Source: Hydrolagus affinis (Eukaryota). From it: a stretch of DNA of 64,000 nt. A model generated the notes under the pieces. The model did no database searches. It was not told the DNA's origin and saw nothing but the letters and a program-made list of their open reading frames with translations. Positions 11,627 to 24,341 of the stretch are shown here, one piece after another; the stretch's first letter is position 1; each line of letters begins with the position of its first letter. The translations under genes were made by a program, and so were the position numbers. The stretch covers positions 1 to 64,000 of the forward strand of contig JAAILG010000595.1 of the NCBI GenBank assembly GCA_012026655.1, read 5' to 3'.

Positions 11627-12303
11627 GACATTTCTGTTAATAACAATCCTTGCAGTTAATGTAGTGCCTTATCACGGCAGAATACATTTTAGATCATTAA
11701 TTTGTTTAAAGCAATAGCGCGGACACAGTCACACTACTTACTACGCCGAACATCTACGGTTCAAACTGTACTGTTAGCTCAATCACAACGGCATTATCAT
11801 GTACATGGATCTATGCGGATCCTCCCGAGCTGTGGCAATTACACACACTTATGATTGTTAGTCTAATTGCCCACATAAACACACACGGAGGCCAAGCTTT
11901 TCCGCTGAGTTAAAGTCACCAAAGTTCTCCCCGGGTTGATGTTTTGCGAAGAGACTGTCAAGGATTCTCTGAGCATTGGGCCGACAGGGGCTGGAAGGTG
12001 TTACCTAGAGTGTGGGATTGAGAGCTATTATGCCTATCCTCTGGACTTCTAATCACAGTTAAACACAGGTACTGAATACAATTAAATGCTTCTGAATACA
12101 ACTATCATTGTTCTTCCAAGTGTTTCCGTTGTTGGTCAAACTACTGACTCGACTACAAGACAAACTGTCCAGCGCCTTGGGAAGGTCCTGCCAACATGAA
12201 AGGCACTGTACCAATGTCATTTTGTTGTTGTTGTTGAAAAGAAACATGGTAACAGTACTTTGCGGACACCCTGTAGAATTCAGGGAAAGAGAAAGTACGT
12301 TAC

Positions 12304-12493
12304 CTTTCTTGTGGATTTACTCTCTTCCTCGGGGCCCACAGGCCCGGGCGGCCACAACATGTTGGGGGCTATGCAAAGAGCCAGGTTAAAAGCCGTCATC
12401 TGGTTTTCTTCCGACCTCTTCTCGATGCGGCGGAGAATGGTGAACAAGTGACGAAGGAGGAGACGATTCGCTTCGGGAAGCTCTTCCACGAGT
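12304..12493 (-). CDS. ARHGAP20: ARHGAP20 exon 13 (RhoGAP)
   Basis: 190 bp; LVEELPEANRLLLRHLFTILRRIEKRSEENQMTAFNLALCIAPNMLWPP...STRK; acceptor ttgcAG, donor AAG|GTAACG. Confidence 0.96.
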
Positions 12494-12709
12494 CTGCAAA
12501 AACATCGGGAACGCGTTATTATTCCGGCATCCAGCGCACACCCGGGAAACAGAGAGATCTCTTAAGCTCGCAGCATTTCTCTGCTCGGAATCACACACCC
12601 ATCAACACTACTGTCCGCCTCACGCACACACGTCGATACAGTCAGTCTCGGTCGGACCGATGCATGGGCAGCCACGCAATCACATCCTCAAAAGAGGCTT
12701 TCTCCTCAC

Positions 12710-12819
12710 TTTTTCAAGGCTTGTATCCTTTCCTCTTCGTTCTCGTTCCCTGTTCCTTCCATCCACCTGTCGTACAGCTCCGACGACAGAATGCTACCGG
12801 GGATATTGCGGAGAAAATC
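12710..12819 (-). CDS. ARHGAP20: ARHGAP20 exon 12 (RhoGAP)
   Basis: 110 bp; DFLRNIPGSILSSELYDRWMEGTGNENEEERIQALK(K); AG and GTGAGG boundaries, phases consistent. Confidence 0.95.
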
Positions 12820-12912
12820 CTGCGCAGGGAAAGTAACCTCCTGTCAGAAAATATTTGCAGGCCCACGAAAAACTTCCAGACCACCTTCCTCCCACCACCA
12901 AAAAGATATGTA

Positions 12913-13329
12913 CAGTAAAACCTTTGTTATCAGGCACCCTCGGGACTTGCCCAGAGCCAATTAATCAAACACGCCGGATATTCGAGTGGCAAGTTGCCGA
13001 AAATCCAACCCCCAAACATGAACTTATTTTAAAACATACCATATTAATAATAGATTGAATAATAACAGAATATTGTAGGGATACTTACCAATAAAGCATT
13101 CCAGCACACTCGGTAAAATGATCGTTAAAAAATCATTCCAGCATTCGGTGGGTTTCATAAGTGCGCATTTGCATAGGCATTGCACGCATGCGCAAAGTGA
13201 GCATACTCGCGAGTGTCCCAGACGGCTACGGTATGAGACCTCAGTTGCTGAAATGGTGAATTGTATTGGGAGATACCGGTTGGTTGAGTATGCCGTTTGG
13301 TTGGGTACCGGATACTCGAGGTTTTACTG
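12913..13329. mobile_element. Tc1/mariner (Tigger/pogo-like) MITE
   Basis: About 27-bp imperfect TIRs (CAGTAAAACCTTTGTTATCAGGCACCC vs reverse complement CAGTAAAACCTCGAGTATCCGGTACCC); TA on both sides (12911-12912, 13330-13331); no transposase ORF. Confidence 0.85.
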
Positions 13330-13358
13330 TACAAAGACTGTCGAACAGAATATAATAC

Positions 13359-13520
13359 CGTAATGACAGCAGCTGCCACAAAGACAGATTCTATTTCCAT
13401 GTGCACTTCATTTCCAGAATTCAGCTTCTCCTTCAGCTCCTTGCAGGTCTTGGCATTGGCCGAGCGCCTGAAGATGCCTTTGGTGGTGGGACCTTCGTGA
13501 TATAGAAGCAGTAGCATGTC
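13359..13520 (-). CDS. ARHGAP20: ARHGAP20 exon 11 (RhoGAP, arginine finger)
   Basis: 162 bp; DMLLLLYHEGPTTKGIFRRSANAKTCKELKEKLNSG...VAAAVIT; GIFR catalytic Arg intact; donor ACG|GTATTA. Confidence 0.96.
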
Positions 13521-13868
13521 CTGGAGGAAACCAAAGGCGTCGCGGGTCAGAATGTGTCACTGATTCCACAGCCAGCCAGATTCTTTTTTTTATTTCTGCG
13601 TCTCCCTTACACGGAAACTCTAGAGAAGTGAAATTGCTGGCCCACTCTGGGGGCAAGTGAGGAAGTGATGCTGAAAGCTGGGTTGGGTTACAATAAGCAC
13701 TAATAATAATAATAATCCTTGCATCTGATTTAGCACTTTTCATGTCCCACAAACAGTCGTGGATTAAAACGACCAATTTATCGCAAGACAGGTTTGGGGC
13801 GAAGAAGCCATCTCTTTCTCTTGGCCACCAAACTGAGGATCGTACAGCTTTCTAAAGGGGTCGCTTAC

Positions 13869-14047
13869 CCTGATGGGCTTGGGGAGGGTCCCGTTCTTGC
13901 AGATGGAGGGCAGCGATAGGCCAAAAAGCTTCCTCGGGATTACCGGAGACCCCAACTGAGAGTCGCTGTCCGCGCTAATGTGAGGGCCTCGGCGGAACGC
14001 CCAGTCAATCAATGACTTCTTCTTTTTCAGCGGCCTCGGAAGCGTTA
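13869..14047 (-). CDS. ARHGAP20: ARHGAP20 exon 10
   Basis: 179 bp; (V)TLPRPLKKKKSLIDWAFRRG...KLFGLSLPSICKNGTLPKPIR; SLIxWAFxRG and LFGxxL motifs; donor AGG|GTAAGC. Confidence 0.94.
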
Positions 14048-15313
14048 CTGGAAATGTAGAAAGAAACAAACAAAAGAAAATCAGACTACAGCTAAGGTGT
14101 AATGTGCCAAGCATTTAAAAGTACTGTATCAACAATCCTCAAAGCACTTTGTAAAGTTTCTGTAAAGTGTAGGGATTGGGTAATTGTAATGCCAGGGCAG
14201 GTATAAGAAGAATAACAACAACAGCAACAATAACACATTACATTTGATGGGTGAGAGACATTACGCAACTCGAGTTTGCCACCAACAATGTACATACGCA
14301 CAGCCAATAATAGCCGGCAACTTGCTGCTGGTTGTTGAATAGAGAAACTAATCTTCAAAATGTCATCTGTGTGTGTAAAAACAGATCCCTATCACATTTT
14401 CCACAGAGACTCAAAAACAGGAACAGTCTGCTTGCAATGATGCCATAAATAGCCTGACCTCGATGAAGGAACAACACCAGTGCATCTCAATTAGTGTGGC
14501 AATTAACTAGAGCAACAGGAAATAATAACCCTCCTAATGCAATAACATGTATCTTCTCTCCCAGTAACAACAAAGCAAATTTGTCTCAAAGGACCTTCTT
14601 AATTATACCCCAATGGGACTTCTATATAAATGCAAGTTGTTGTTGGTGTTGTTAGTTGAAGCGCAAGAGGGAACTGGACACTGTAGATATCTAACAAAAT
14701 GAGTAATTTACCGGCCTACGGATGGGGTAACGGAGCTCAGCAAACTAAGTAAGATTGCTCTTTCAAAGAACCAGCTCACAAACAATGGGCCGAAGGGTCC
14801 TCTTCTGTGCTGTCATTTTCTATAAATTTCTAACGAACCAGTGGCAGTAATTTTTTTGGGTGTCAGCTGGTTGTTTGACACATACGGAAGTCCATCACCG
14901 CGCTTAAGGGCAGCCAAACCAAACAGGGAATTCCATGCATCTCACCTACACAAGAAAATGGATAGACAGCGCACTCTCTTTCTCCCTGGAGGGACGCATC
15001 CCGCTTATCTAATTCCGGAGAGTATTAGCGGGCAAAGGCTTGTGGAGCGGTGAAGTGGAACAGCCCTGATCATAAACAAACCATTGCGTGTTAGTGCAAG
15101 GGTGTGGTAGAACTAAATTATCCCACAAGACATCGTTTGTCACACTTGCATCATTGACCGCAGGAAAAAATAAACCTCCACCGAATTGTGGACGAATTAT
15201 TCATGGGCCTAAAAATGTGAAGAGTGCTTCCCGCTGTGCTGGGCTATTGAAACCGTTGAATGCAAACACTTCCCACTCAGTGAATAGTTTGGATTCTTTC
15301 AGTCTGCGCTCAC

Positions 15314-15502
15314 CTCTGGTCACATGCACATCAGCCTGGGGTCTTGGCTTCAAGATGAACTGACATTGCTTGCGTTTTGGCAGCTGCTCAAAGAGGTCGT
15401 CTTGGTGGCTGTCCTGTGACTGCGCGTTGCTGTTAGATCTCTCCACCCGGGCGGCCACATCTCTCAGGCAGTTTGTTATGATGCTGAACGGGTACTCGTG
15501 CC
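15314..15502 (-). CDS. ARHGAP20: ARHGAP20 exon 9 (end of RA domain)
   Basis: 189 bp; (G)HEYPFSIITNCLRD...QCQFILKPRPQADVHVTR; acceptor ttcAG, donor G|GTGAGC. Confidence 0.92.
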
Positions 15503-15859
15503 CTGAAACGGAGAGCAGTTCATTGATCGGTCATTAATTCGGGAACAGAAGTTCAGGAGTAAGTCATTTCAGGCAACTCGAGCCCGCTCCGCCATTCTAC
15601 TAGAACACGTCTGATCTGTACCTCAACTCCCATCGAAAATTACAATGGGCTCCAGTACTTTTGAGGCTAAAAGTTCCAGATTTCCACTATTCTTTGTGTA
15701 AAGGGGACATCAGAGACAAAGCAATAGCCAGTCGGGGAGGATGGTGCCAGGAATTGAGCTTCTCATTTTTATTTACTTCTCAAATGTATTTTTTTTTGGT
15801 GGGGAGCGGGTGAGGTGGTGGGAGAGAGAGAGAGAAATGCACCAGGCAGGATAATTGTT

Positions 15860-16010
15860 TGGAATTTCAAAGGGCAATCTGAGGACAGACGGAACAAGGC
15901 AGATTTCCTTTATCCAGAGGTTAATTAACAACTGAAACCGGTTGCCAGAAAGGGTGGTTGAAGCCGAGACATTGGATTCATTTCAAAAAGTAACTTGAAC
16001 ACAATATGAA
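15860..16010 (+). mobile_element. CR1-clade LINE 3' fragment
   Basis: CCAGAGGTTAATTAAC..TTGCCAGAAAGGGTGGTTGAAGC..GGATTCATTTCAAAAAG..CTTG (FxQRV..WN.LP..VV.A..FK..LD motif). Related pieces at about 7190-7400(-), 11278-11380(+), 14755-14825(+), 15545-15710(-), 28165-28270(-), 29650-29820(+), 55940-56050(+). Confidence 0.65.
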
Positions 16011-16018
16011 GTCACAAT

Positions 16019-16343
16019 ATAATAATAATAATCCTTGCATTTATATAGCGCTTGATATAGCGCTTTTCATGTCTTCTAGATGTCTCACAGCACTTCACAG
16101 AGTATACTGTAAAGTGAATTGGCTGTATACTTGTGGGTGACACATGGCAGCCAATTGAGCACAGCAGCATCCCCACAAACAGTCATGGATTGAAATGACC
16201 AATTTTATTATTATTTTTTGAGGGATTATTATTAGGCGTGTGGAGTAAGGAAACTTGCCCAAGGTTTCGCCCTGACCTGCCTGGATTCGAACACAGGTGT
16301 CACACGTGTAATGCGAGTGCTCTAACCACTGATCTACAGTACT
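16019..16343 (-). mobile_element. Young tRNA-derived SINE, full length (subtype A)
   Basis: Reverse complement of the same family with (TAT)n tail; small internal duplication ATATAGCGCTT x2. Confidence 0.9.
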
Positions 16344-18139
16344 TTGTATGACTTTATTGCTGTTTCTGTCACTGTACAATACTATCAGTTTGTCCCCGAG
16401 TCTCTTTAATGGGGACATATCTTTGCGACGGAGACACATTCTTCAGTTTCATATTCCGTGAATAGCCAATGATAAATGTGAAAGTCCAAAACTTTTGATT
16501 GTCTGAATAAAGACCGAAAAATAACACAACACAACAGTCAACCTTAAGTAAGAATTCCCCTAAACTAGTATGAAATAATAGAAGGAACCTTTACACGTTC
16601 TGAAATGTTGCCTGTAATGAATACAGCCTAAGACACAAATAGACTTTCTATTAAACGGCAGAGATTGCCGTTAGCTTTCCTGCTGGGGGGGAGTGACATA
16701 CCAGTCTATTTGTGGTGTAAGTCTAGCTACACCACTAATCCGGTTTTAAAGTATTTAGACGTGCTGTGGCCAACTTTGGCTTTTTATATCGCTGTGAACT
16801 CAGAGGTTTGGATATCTATTGCCAAGGACACCTGGCTTGTCAGGGTCAAGGATCTGTGTCCTGCCCCATGACCTCGCTTGGACAACATGCCGCTCGTCAT
16901 GTTCCCTTCATCTTTCGCAATTGGTCACACCGACCTCAACCTCAAAACCCAACCACGGCTTGTTGGCATGTTGTTTTTCTTGCTTGTTATGGCTCCCCAG
17001 TTTTAAGAGACATTCACTGTTCCTGGCAATAAATCATTGAAATAATTACTGTAATCCTAGTCCTGCCAATAACAATCCTTGTTTTTTTTTTGTGTGGCGC
17101 CTCATAGTGTCTTCGAGACATCTCAAAGCGCTTCACCGAACGGGTTGTGAAGTGAAATTGACGGGTGTATTTTTTTATGGGGCGGAGGTGTTTTGAGGTG
17201 TTACGAAGGAAAAAAGGTACTGCTGTTTGTTTTTTTGAATGAGGAAAATTTAGAAATTGAAACTCACCACTGTGCAGGAAACGTAAAATTATTAGGTGAG
17301 GTGGCACAGGATGGAGAGACGAGGCACCAAAAATTCCATCCAATCTTAAGACTTTGACCAGACCATTTCTACGTTCAAATTTAAGATCACACAGATTGGC
17401 AAAAAAAAAATCACGGTTAATTTGGAAGCGGGTGGCGCGTCTCTGCATGAGCTAGAATTTGAAGACAGTTACGACAGTCTTCCGGAGCTGAGGAATGTCA
17501 AGACTCCGCACTAGCTCGTGATGTCAAGAACGATGCCGTGACCACCCACCCACAGTCTTGTCAATGATCCTCTCTTGGCATCGATCCAACGAGTGCTTTC
17601 CCATACTCGAAAGTCCTCCATCTGCTGTTCTATAAATATACAGTACAGTCGAGCTCTGGCGAGGTCAAGACCTGGTCACCAACAAGCGACTACGAAGTCG
17701 AGTTGATTTGGTGAGGCATCGGAGTGGAACCTTGGAAAACTGACCATGTGTTGACCTTCGGAGAAATGTGTTCTTCTTCCACAGGACCAGAGAGATCTAC
17801 AGCACAGAAGGAGGCCATCCAATCGATTGTGTCAGTGGCGGCTCTTTCAAGAGCAAACCTGTGAGTCCCATTCAATCCAGTGGCTCTTGTGTGTTTCAAT
17901 TTGGATGAGGACCTTTGAGCTGCAGCATTTCAATGGCTATTATGCCAAAGACATCCTTCCCTCTCTATTAGTTGGGAGCTATTGAAGGGCTTTGAAACGT
18001 CTCGAAAAAGTGCTATGGCGCTATATCAAAGGCACGGATTATTATTATTATCATAATTATTATAAAAATTGTCAAATTTCCTGCCTTCTTTAGGCTCACC
18101 TCTCTGGGTGGCAAACCTCTGGAAACTCGCAGGACTTAC

Positions 18140-18206
18140 CAATGAGTGGGTATGGTGCATCCTCTTTTCCTGAAATCACCCAAAGCTGGTAGTCACCCGC
18201 ACTCCC
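18140..18206 (-). CDS. ARHGAP20: ARHGAP20 exon 8 (RA domain)
   Basis: 67 bp; GSAGDYQLWVISGKEDAPYPLI(G); donor G|GTAAGT. Confidence 0.94.
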
Positions 18207-18573
18207 CTGCTTGTGCTTCAAGGAAGAAAGATAGGTATCAGCTGTAGGGAGGAGGAGGTTGTCTGTCCGCAGCTAAGCACAGACAAGACGCAAGGTGCGC
18301 GCGGGAGGATCTAAACCTCGGTGATCGCAAGAAAAAGGCTACGTTTTCCATTCCATTTTAACGCAGCGTTTTTTCCATTATAATTTGCATTATCCATCAC
18401 AAGCTGTCTCTGCGCATTTCGAATGCTTCAAGCGGTGTAATTGTATATTGTATGTTCTGTGAAGTGCTTTGAGAGCACTATATCAAATGCAAGGATTATT
18501 ATTATTATTATAAAGCAGACAGGGTTAATGTTAGCGCCTCTCGTGAGTGCGTATGAATCTAATGGTAACTCAC

Positions 18574-18651
18574 TCTTGCTTCCAGTTGCTTTGTTGCCAT
18601 TTTAATGACGTTGTCCGCTGTATCTGTGTTGCTCACCGAAAGCGTTAATGT
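18574..18651 (-). CDS. ARHGAP20: ARHGAP20 exon 7 (RA domain)
   Basis: 78 bp, phase 0/0; TLTLSVSNTDTADNVIKMATKQLEAR; long T-rich acceptor, donor GTGAGT. Confidence 0.88.
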
Positions 18652-19135
18652 CTGAGAATGAAAATGAAAATGAAAAACAAACCACTCAACTCACATCAAT
18701 CCAATGCAAAATAATTACTGACAAGGACATGGCTTTGAGGACCGAGGGAGGATATCAATTCAGTGTAACAAATTCCTTTTGATGTTCTGCGCTCAGTAAT
18801 TAAATGGGGCGAAATGCTTATGCTTATTCGAGCGTTGTTGAGTTACCCAGTAAAGCTTGCGGGTTTGAATAACCTGGTCACAGTGAGAACGATCACTTTA
18901 ACTTGTGGAGCTAAATCGCAGATTTCAGTTATCTTTCGCGCTAGAGTTTGCTTACGTAAGAAGACAACATCCTGGGATCAAACGTCTATCTTTAGAAGAT
19001 CACTGTAACATTGTTTATCATTATAAAACTCAGTCAAAGTGCTTAGCACATTCTGAAGGGAAGCAAGGAATATGAAAGGTCCTTTCTGTCGCTCTTTGTA
19101 TCTATAAAATGGAGCAATTAAATGATAATACTTAC

Positions 19136-19220
19136 ACAGGTGCAACTCCTGACTGGCATGACCGTAACTTTCATAAATGTTTTCTTTCGAAGTTCATCCA
19201 TTTTCATTTCTTTGATTTGC
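19136..19220 (-). CDS. ARHGAP20: ARHGAP20 exon 6
   Basis: 85 bp; (W)QIKEMKMDELRKKTFMKVTVMPVRSCTC; acceptor tttacAG, donor GTAAGT; phases fit. Confidence 0.86.
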
Positions 19221-19628
19221 CTGTAAAGAGACCGAACACCAGGAATTTTAACAATAATAATAATCCTTGCATTTGATATAACGCTTTTCATGTCTTGTGT
19301 CTCCACTACAAACCGCATGTCGACCTAGGTATCAGTGATCTACTTGGAACTTGTGGGTAATCTTAAGCACTTTAAAAAATGGTATATCCTTACATTTGAT
19401 TTAGTGTTTCATAATTGACCACACTGTCACTAATGACCTTCTCTATATTATTTCAGATTTGTAAAGCGAAATGCAGCGGATAAGACGACTTGCAGTTTAA
19501 CTACAGGAAATAATACCTATTCCACTGCAATTCTCCAGTTGTGTTGGGTGCGTTTCGTTTATAACATCATTGTTTGTGGGGATGGCAACGAGAGTGCCAC
19601 TGCTTCAAACGTGAATAAAAACACTTAC

Positions 19629-19670
19629 CAGTGCAGAGCTGAAAGCCATTTCTCTCTCACATCCGAAGAA
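19629..19670 (-). CDS. ARHGAP20: ARHGAP20 exon 5 (PH-like C-terminal helix)
   Basis: 42 bp; (S)SSDVREKWLSALH(W); acceptor ctttcAG, donor TG|GTAAGT. Confidence 0.9.
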
Positions 19671-19842
19671 CTGAAAGAGATGCAGTTGAGATCTGATAAG
19701 TAGAAGGAAGATTGCTTTGGACGCCCTATTATAGTACTTGTACTGCACCCTCCAAGGAATGCTAAGGGAACATCAAAAACATCTACGACCACCCACTTAC
19801 CCGCCTGCCCGTCCCGCCCGCTCACTCCCTCACTTCACTCAC

Positions 19843-19992
19843 CTGAATGTCACCACGCAGTTAGTTGTGGGCCATCCAATGACGAAGGAATTTTCAGCTG
19901 TCGTCTTCCTCTCACACACTTCATCGATGCAGAAGGCAATCCACATCTCACACAGTCTGACCTGGTTCTTTGGCTTTAAGCTCGTGGAAGAT
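19843..19992 (-). CDS. ARHGAP20: ARHGAP20 exon 4 (PH-like domain)
   Basis: 150 bp; SSTSLKPKNQVRLCEMWIAFCIDEVCERKTTAENSFVIGWPTTNCVVTF(S); SFVxGWPT motif; donor AG|GTGAGT. Confidence 0.94.
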
Positions 19993-20208
19993 CTGTGTGG
20001 CATCGAGAAAGGGGAACAACGGTGGGAAATGTAAAAGAGTTTCAACAATAACTTGCAGCACTGTTGTTGTGTTCACTTTGATCATTATTAGAACAAACAT
20101 ATTATCACGTGATGCTAATTTTGTCTCCACAATTTCTCTCGACGTAAATGTATAATAACGAAGATATCTTAAGCTACGTGCTATTTAAGGTCTTCATTAT
20201 CTCACAAT

Positions 20209-20522
20209 GGAGTTCCTGTAGCTCAGTGGTTAGAGCACTAGCCTTGCAAGTGAGAGACCTGGGTTTGATTCTAGGCAAGCCGAAACCTTGGGCGAGTTTC
20301 CTTACTCACACGCCTTATAATAAATAATCCCTCGGAAAAAATAATAATAAATTTCTCATTTCAATCCACAGCTGTTTGTGGGACACTGCTGTGCGCTATT
20401 GGCCGCCAAGTTTCGCCTACAAATAAAGTCAATTCACTTTGCAGGATATTCTGTGAAGAGCTTTAAGATGTCTAGAAGACGTGAAAAGCTCTATATCAAA
20501 TGCAAGGATTATTCTTATTCTT
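20209..20522 (+). mobile_element. Young tRNA-derived SINE, full length (subtype B)
   Basis: A box TAGCTCAGTGG, shared body and tail. Confidence 0.9.
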
Positions 20523-21548
20523 ACTTAGGATCAATGACGATTAGTAGTAATAAAAGACCAACAGAAAGCTTCAGTCGCTATTGGCTATTTAAACTATGTG
20601 TGCTAGTTAAAATCTCAGTTAGTATTCCCAGCACTGTATTGAGCAGGAAATCATGCCATTTGCCTGAGTTTATTTACGCATATTCAATGTCAGGAAAGCC
20701 CACCTCGCTCTCTCTAAATATATACATTACATACAAACATGTATATAGTACACAACCTTGGTGTGATTTAAAAGCTACCCTCCCAGCTCCAGTCTATAGT
20801 CCATGTACTACACGTACCCTTTATCAAATGCAAGGATTATTATTGTTAAAGCATTACCTGAATCTAACACGTGATATTGTCTTTGGCTACAACAGTGTTA
20901 CTATAAATTGGTCTCATTCGCACTTCGTTATGAAGGAAATTGTGTGCAATGAACAGATCCAGCTGGTGTTTTCCCTTTTTTGTTCTTTCAGGAACTTTTT
21001 TCAGAATTATTTTAGAAAACAATAATAATAATAATCCTCGCATTTGATATAGTGCTTTTCACGTCTTCTGGATGTCTCAAAGCACTTCACAAAATATACC
21101 GTAAAATGAATTGACTGTATAATTGTGGGCGAATTAATGGATAAGAATTGTCACAAGGATCTGCAGTTAACCCGTAACCCCGAGTAATATAATAATCCTT
21201 GCATTTAATATTATGCCTTATAATTATTATTGTTATAATGACATTGTTGAGACATCTCAAAGTTCTTAGCAGAATATACTGTAAAGTGAATTGACTGTGC
21301 CTTTTGGGCGCAAAACGGGACAGCCATTCACTCAATCTCATAGTCATGGATTGAGTGACCAAATTATTATTTTGTAATCCCGTAAAGTGTCACCCAATCT
21401 GAACTAAATGAGGAACCACAGTGCCTGGTTCAACCAGTTTGAAGCATTATATATCTGCTGACTCGCTGACTTATTTGATCATAACACAGAATCTTAATGG
21501 AAATCACTTGGAACTGACTGAACAGTGCGTATAATACCAAACACTCAC

Positions 21549-21719
21549 TTTAATTTGGCGATCACCAACAGATCACTGAAGAGGAAGAGGTGCCTCTCCT
21601 GCGTCTGCAGTCCCGTTGTGAGCTGAACATGTTCGTCCATTATAAAGGTTGATGTTGAGCTGCTGAAGGCACGGACAAGTGAGTTGCTGTCGGGAGATAT
21701 GGGCGAAAGAGGTCCATCT
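21549..21719 (-). CDS. ARHGAP20: ARHGAP20 exon 3 (start of PH-like domain)
   Basis: 171 bp; (R)DGPLSPISPDSNSLVRAFSSSTSTFIMDEHVQLTTGLQTQERHLFLFSDLLVIAKL(K); GLQxQERHLFLFxD motif; donor AA|GTGAGT. Confidence 0.94.
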
Positions 21720-24341
21720 CTGTGCAGGAAGAGAGACAGTCATTGAATTTTGTCTATAAAGTGCTCCAATGTAAACCCCCCAGTCTTAAAAACATCACAA
21801 TTAAACTCGTTGGCCTCGATGCTGTCTTATCCAAAGGATGGCATCTCCGACAACGTATCAATTCACCCCCCCTACCTCCCCCCCACTCCCAACCTCCCCA
21901 GCAATGGATTGAGAATGTCAGCCCAAAGTGTGAGTACAATGTCCTGACGTGGAGGCTTGCAGCCACAATCCACTGCCTCAAAGGCGAAAATGTTACCAGC
22001 TGAGTCAAGCTGACACTAAATTCCACCTGGTGCAAGACTGATCCGCATTCAAACCGCCAACTCTCTGAACTTCTGAGGCATGAAGAGCCGCGAAATTATT
22101 ATTTTTTTACTGAGTTCCCAATAGACTCGAGACCATGTATTACCTCCAACAAATAAAGTAGCAGATGAAAGCTGGGAAATCCAATGACTGAATGGATTAA
22201 TAACAAGGTAAAGCCATTGAAGTTTTGAAGTTAGCCGAATCTCTGTTCGTTTATCGGCCTGGCGAGCTGCTGTATTTTGGTATTGCAGTTTGAGTTTATG
22301 TACTATGTTGAACTACTTTTTTTTAAATTCAACATACTTGGCGATGGTGCCAGGCGTTGTAAAAGTGAATTATTACCAATCATGGCTCGTGCAGTTTGCC
22401 CGTGCGTCAACCCAGCGGAGAATCTTTGACAGTGAAACGTTGAACCTGCGTTTTAGGTTTGGATAAATTCTGGCTTCTGTAAACAGACCAGGAGTACGAA
22501 AATTCCACTAACGCTCTCATAGCCTAAGCCAAACTGACAACGGCTCATTATGTGGCCGTAAATCACAAGCAGCTGTTTAGACTTTTCAGTCCCAGTTTCC
22601 ACAACGGAGACATTTCAGTGCAGCCACTTGCCAAATAAAGTCAAGAATTCTTTGAGAAAATGTTCAGGACCCAAAGTTTGCTCTGAGTTTCATCAGCAAG
22701 GGACACCAGAGTGGTACTGAGTATGTGCAGGGCATTCCAGGGGATGTGAATCCTGGGATTAATTCATTTCACGGACAGAGGTCAGGTTAATGTAAACCCC
22801 CAACCATCATTCAGAGCAGGATACGTCAATGCATTTCAGCTATCAATTATATTACAAATGCATACGTACACATATACATACATCCACACGCATTATCATT
22901 GATGTACAGCCTACAGGAAGGCAAGCAGGCAGACACACGTTTAGAAATGCACCTTTACACATATATGGTTAAGTAGATGGGTGATTTGCAGGGACCTTTC
23001 AGCAGTCAACTAAAAAATATACAGTCATTTCACTTCAGTGTAAATCCTGTGAAGTGCTTTGAGACGTCCTCTCGGCGTGAAAGCTGCTTAAAATGAATGC
23101 AAGGATTATTATCATTAATAACTAGATAAGGAAGTCTGATTAATGCTTCTCCTTCACTTGAGTTGAGGATGTTAGAACGGACCAACCCTCCGATTGCATG
23201 AAGCCAACAGAATTGGGAACTTTAGTTTTTTGTTGAAATGTGTGGAAAGAGATCGGAGCCCTTGAACCCAGTGTCAATGTGTACAGAGAGTGAATGCCAA
23301 GACAGAAATTGCCAGGCTCTCACAAGGATCCATTGGGTATCTTTAAACGGACGGAGATTCAGATCCATCCAGTAACATTGTACTTCTATTGGTATCATAG
23401 TGGCTTAAAACCTATGGCAGAATAATTTGTTTGCGCACTAATGTAATAACTGCGTGAGAGTTTTATACTGGGCAGAATGCATAAGAACAACATGTCTCCT
23501 AATATTTTCTCCCACGTTTCTCCATGTTGGTGGTGGCAATGTGGGCATTCTCTATAGCTACTAATATTAATATTTCATGAACAGAGGATAAGGATTCAGA
23601 GTGGTCAAGGGCTCGACAATGAGAAGGCCATTCTGCCATGCAGTGCTCTGCCATTGACAGTGTTGAAATTTAATAAGTTTAAATTGGCAAATTTAGTATT
23701 TAATAAAAATGTCACCCGTCTGTTTTAATACCTCCGTGGACTTTTATTTTATCTTGTAGAAACAGCATGATTTTTATGTTTTATGGTGGAAGGTTTGACT
23801 TCCAAACGTTCGAAGTCTCGTGGATTTATGTGAAGAAAAATCCTTTCCAGCATCACTCTATTGACCTTAGTGTTAAGTCAGGCCAATTCTTAATCACTGC
23901 CAAATCCTTGTGCAAGGGAGATTGTCAGCATTCTAAACCATGCTTTTGTTTGCAGTCAGATACACAAACCTACCCTCACATGCCTTGTGCACAGCACAGT
24001 AGGTTTATTCCTGTGATCGCCGCAGGAGAAGCTCTTAATCTCTGCCTTCAGTGAAGTCACAGTGAAGGGTTTGGGGGATAAAGTCGGAGAGTAAAGTACC
24101 TCTCCGAAGTGCAACGTCCTTTTGGACGAGACATCGAATGTCTGCAGACGAGTTTCTCCCAAACCGGCAAAACTTCTCATTCGCGTCGTGGCTGTTTGTG
24201 GGACTTTTGGCTGTTATGCGTATTGATTGCTGAGGTTTGTCTCCAGAATACACAATCACTGCACTTCACAGTAAATCCCGTGAAGCGCTTTGCGGTGCTC
24301 TCCCCCACCTTAAAAGCGCGACATCAAACGTAAAGGATATA

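Noticed and set aside
20378-21025. 215-aa ORF on +
   Set aside because: Starts inside a SINE, includes another SINE tail, is antisense within an ARHGAP20 intron and has no protein-like features.
22425-22455. GTGAAACGTTGAAC, resembling the 3' half of the hammerhead element
   Set aside because: No CTGANGA core or flanking similarity; too short to call.
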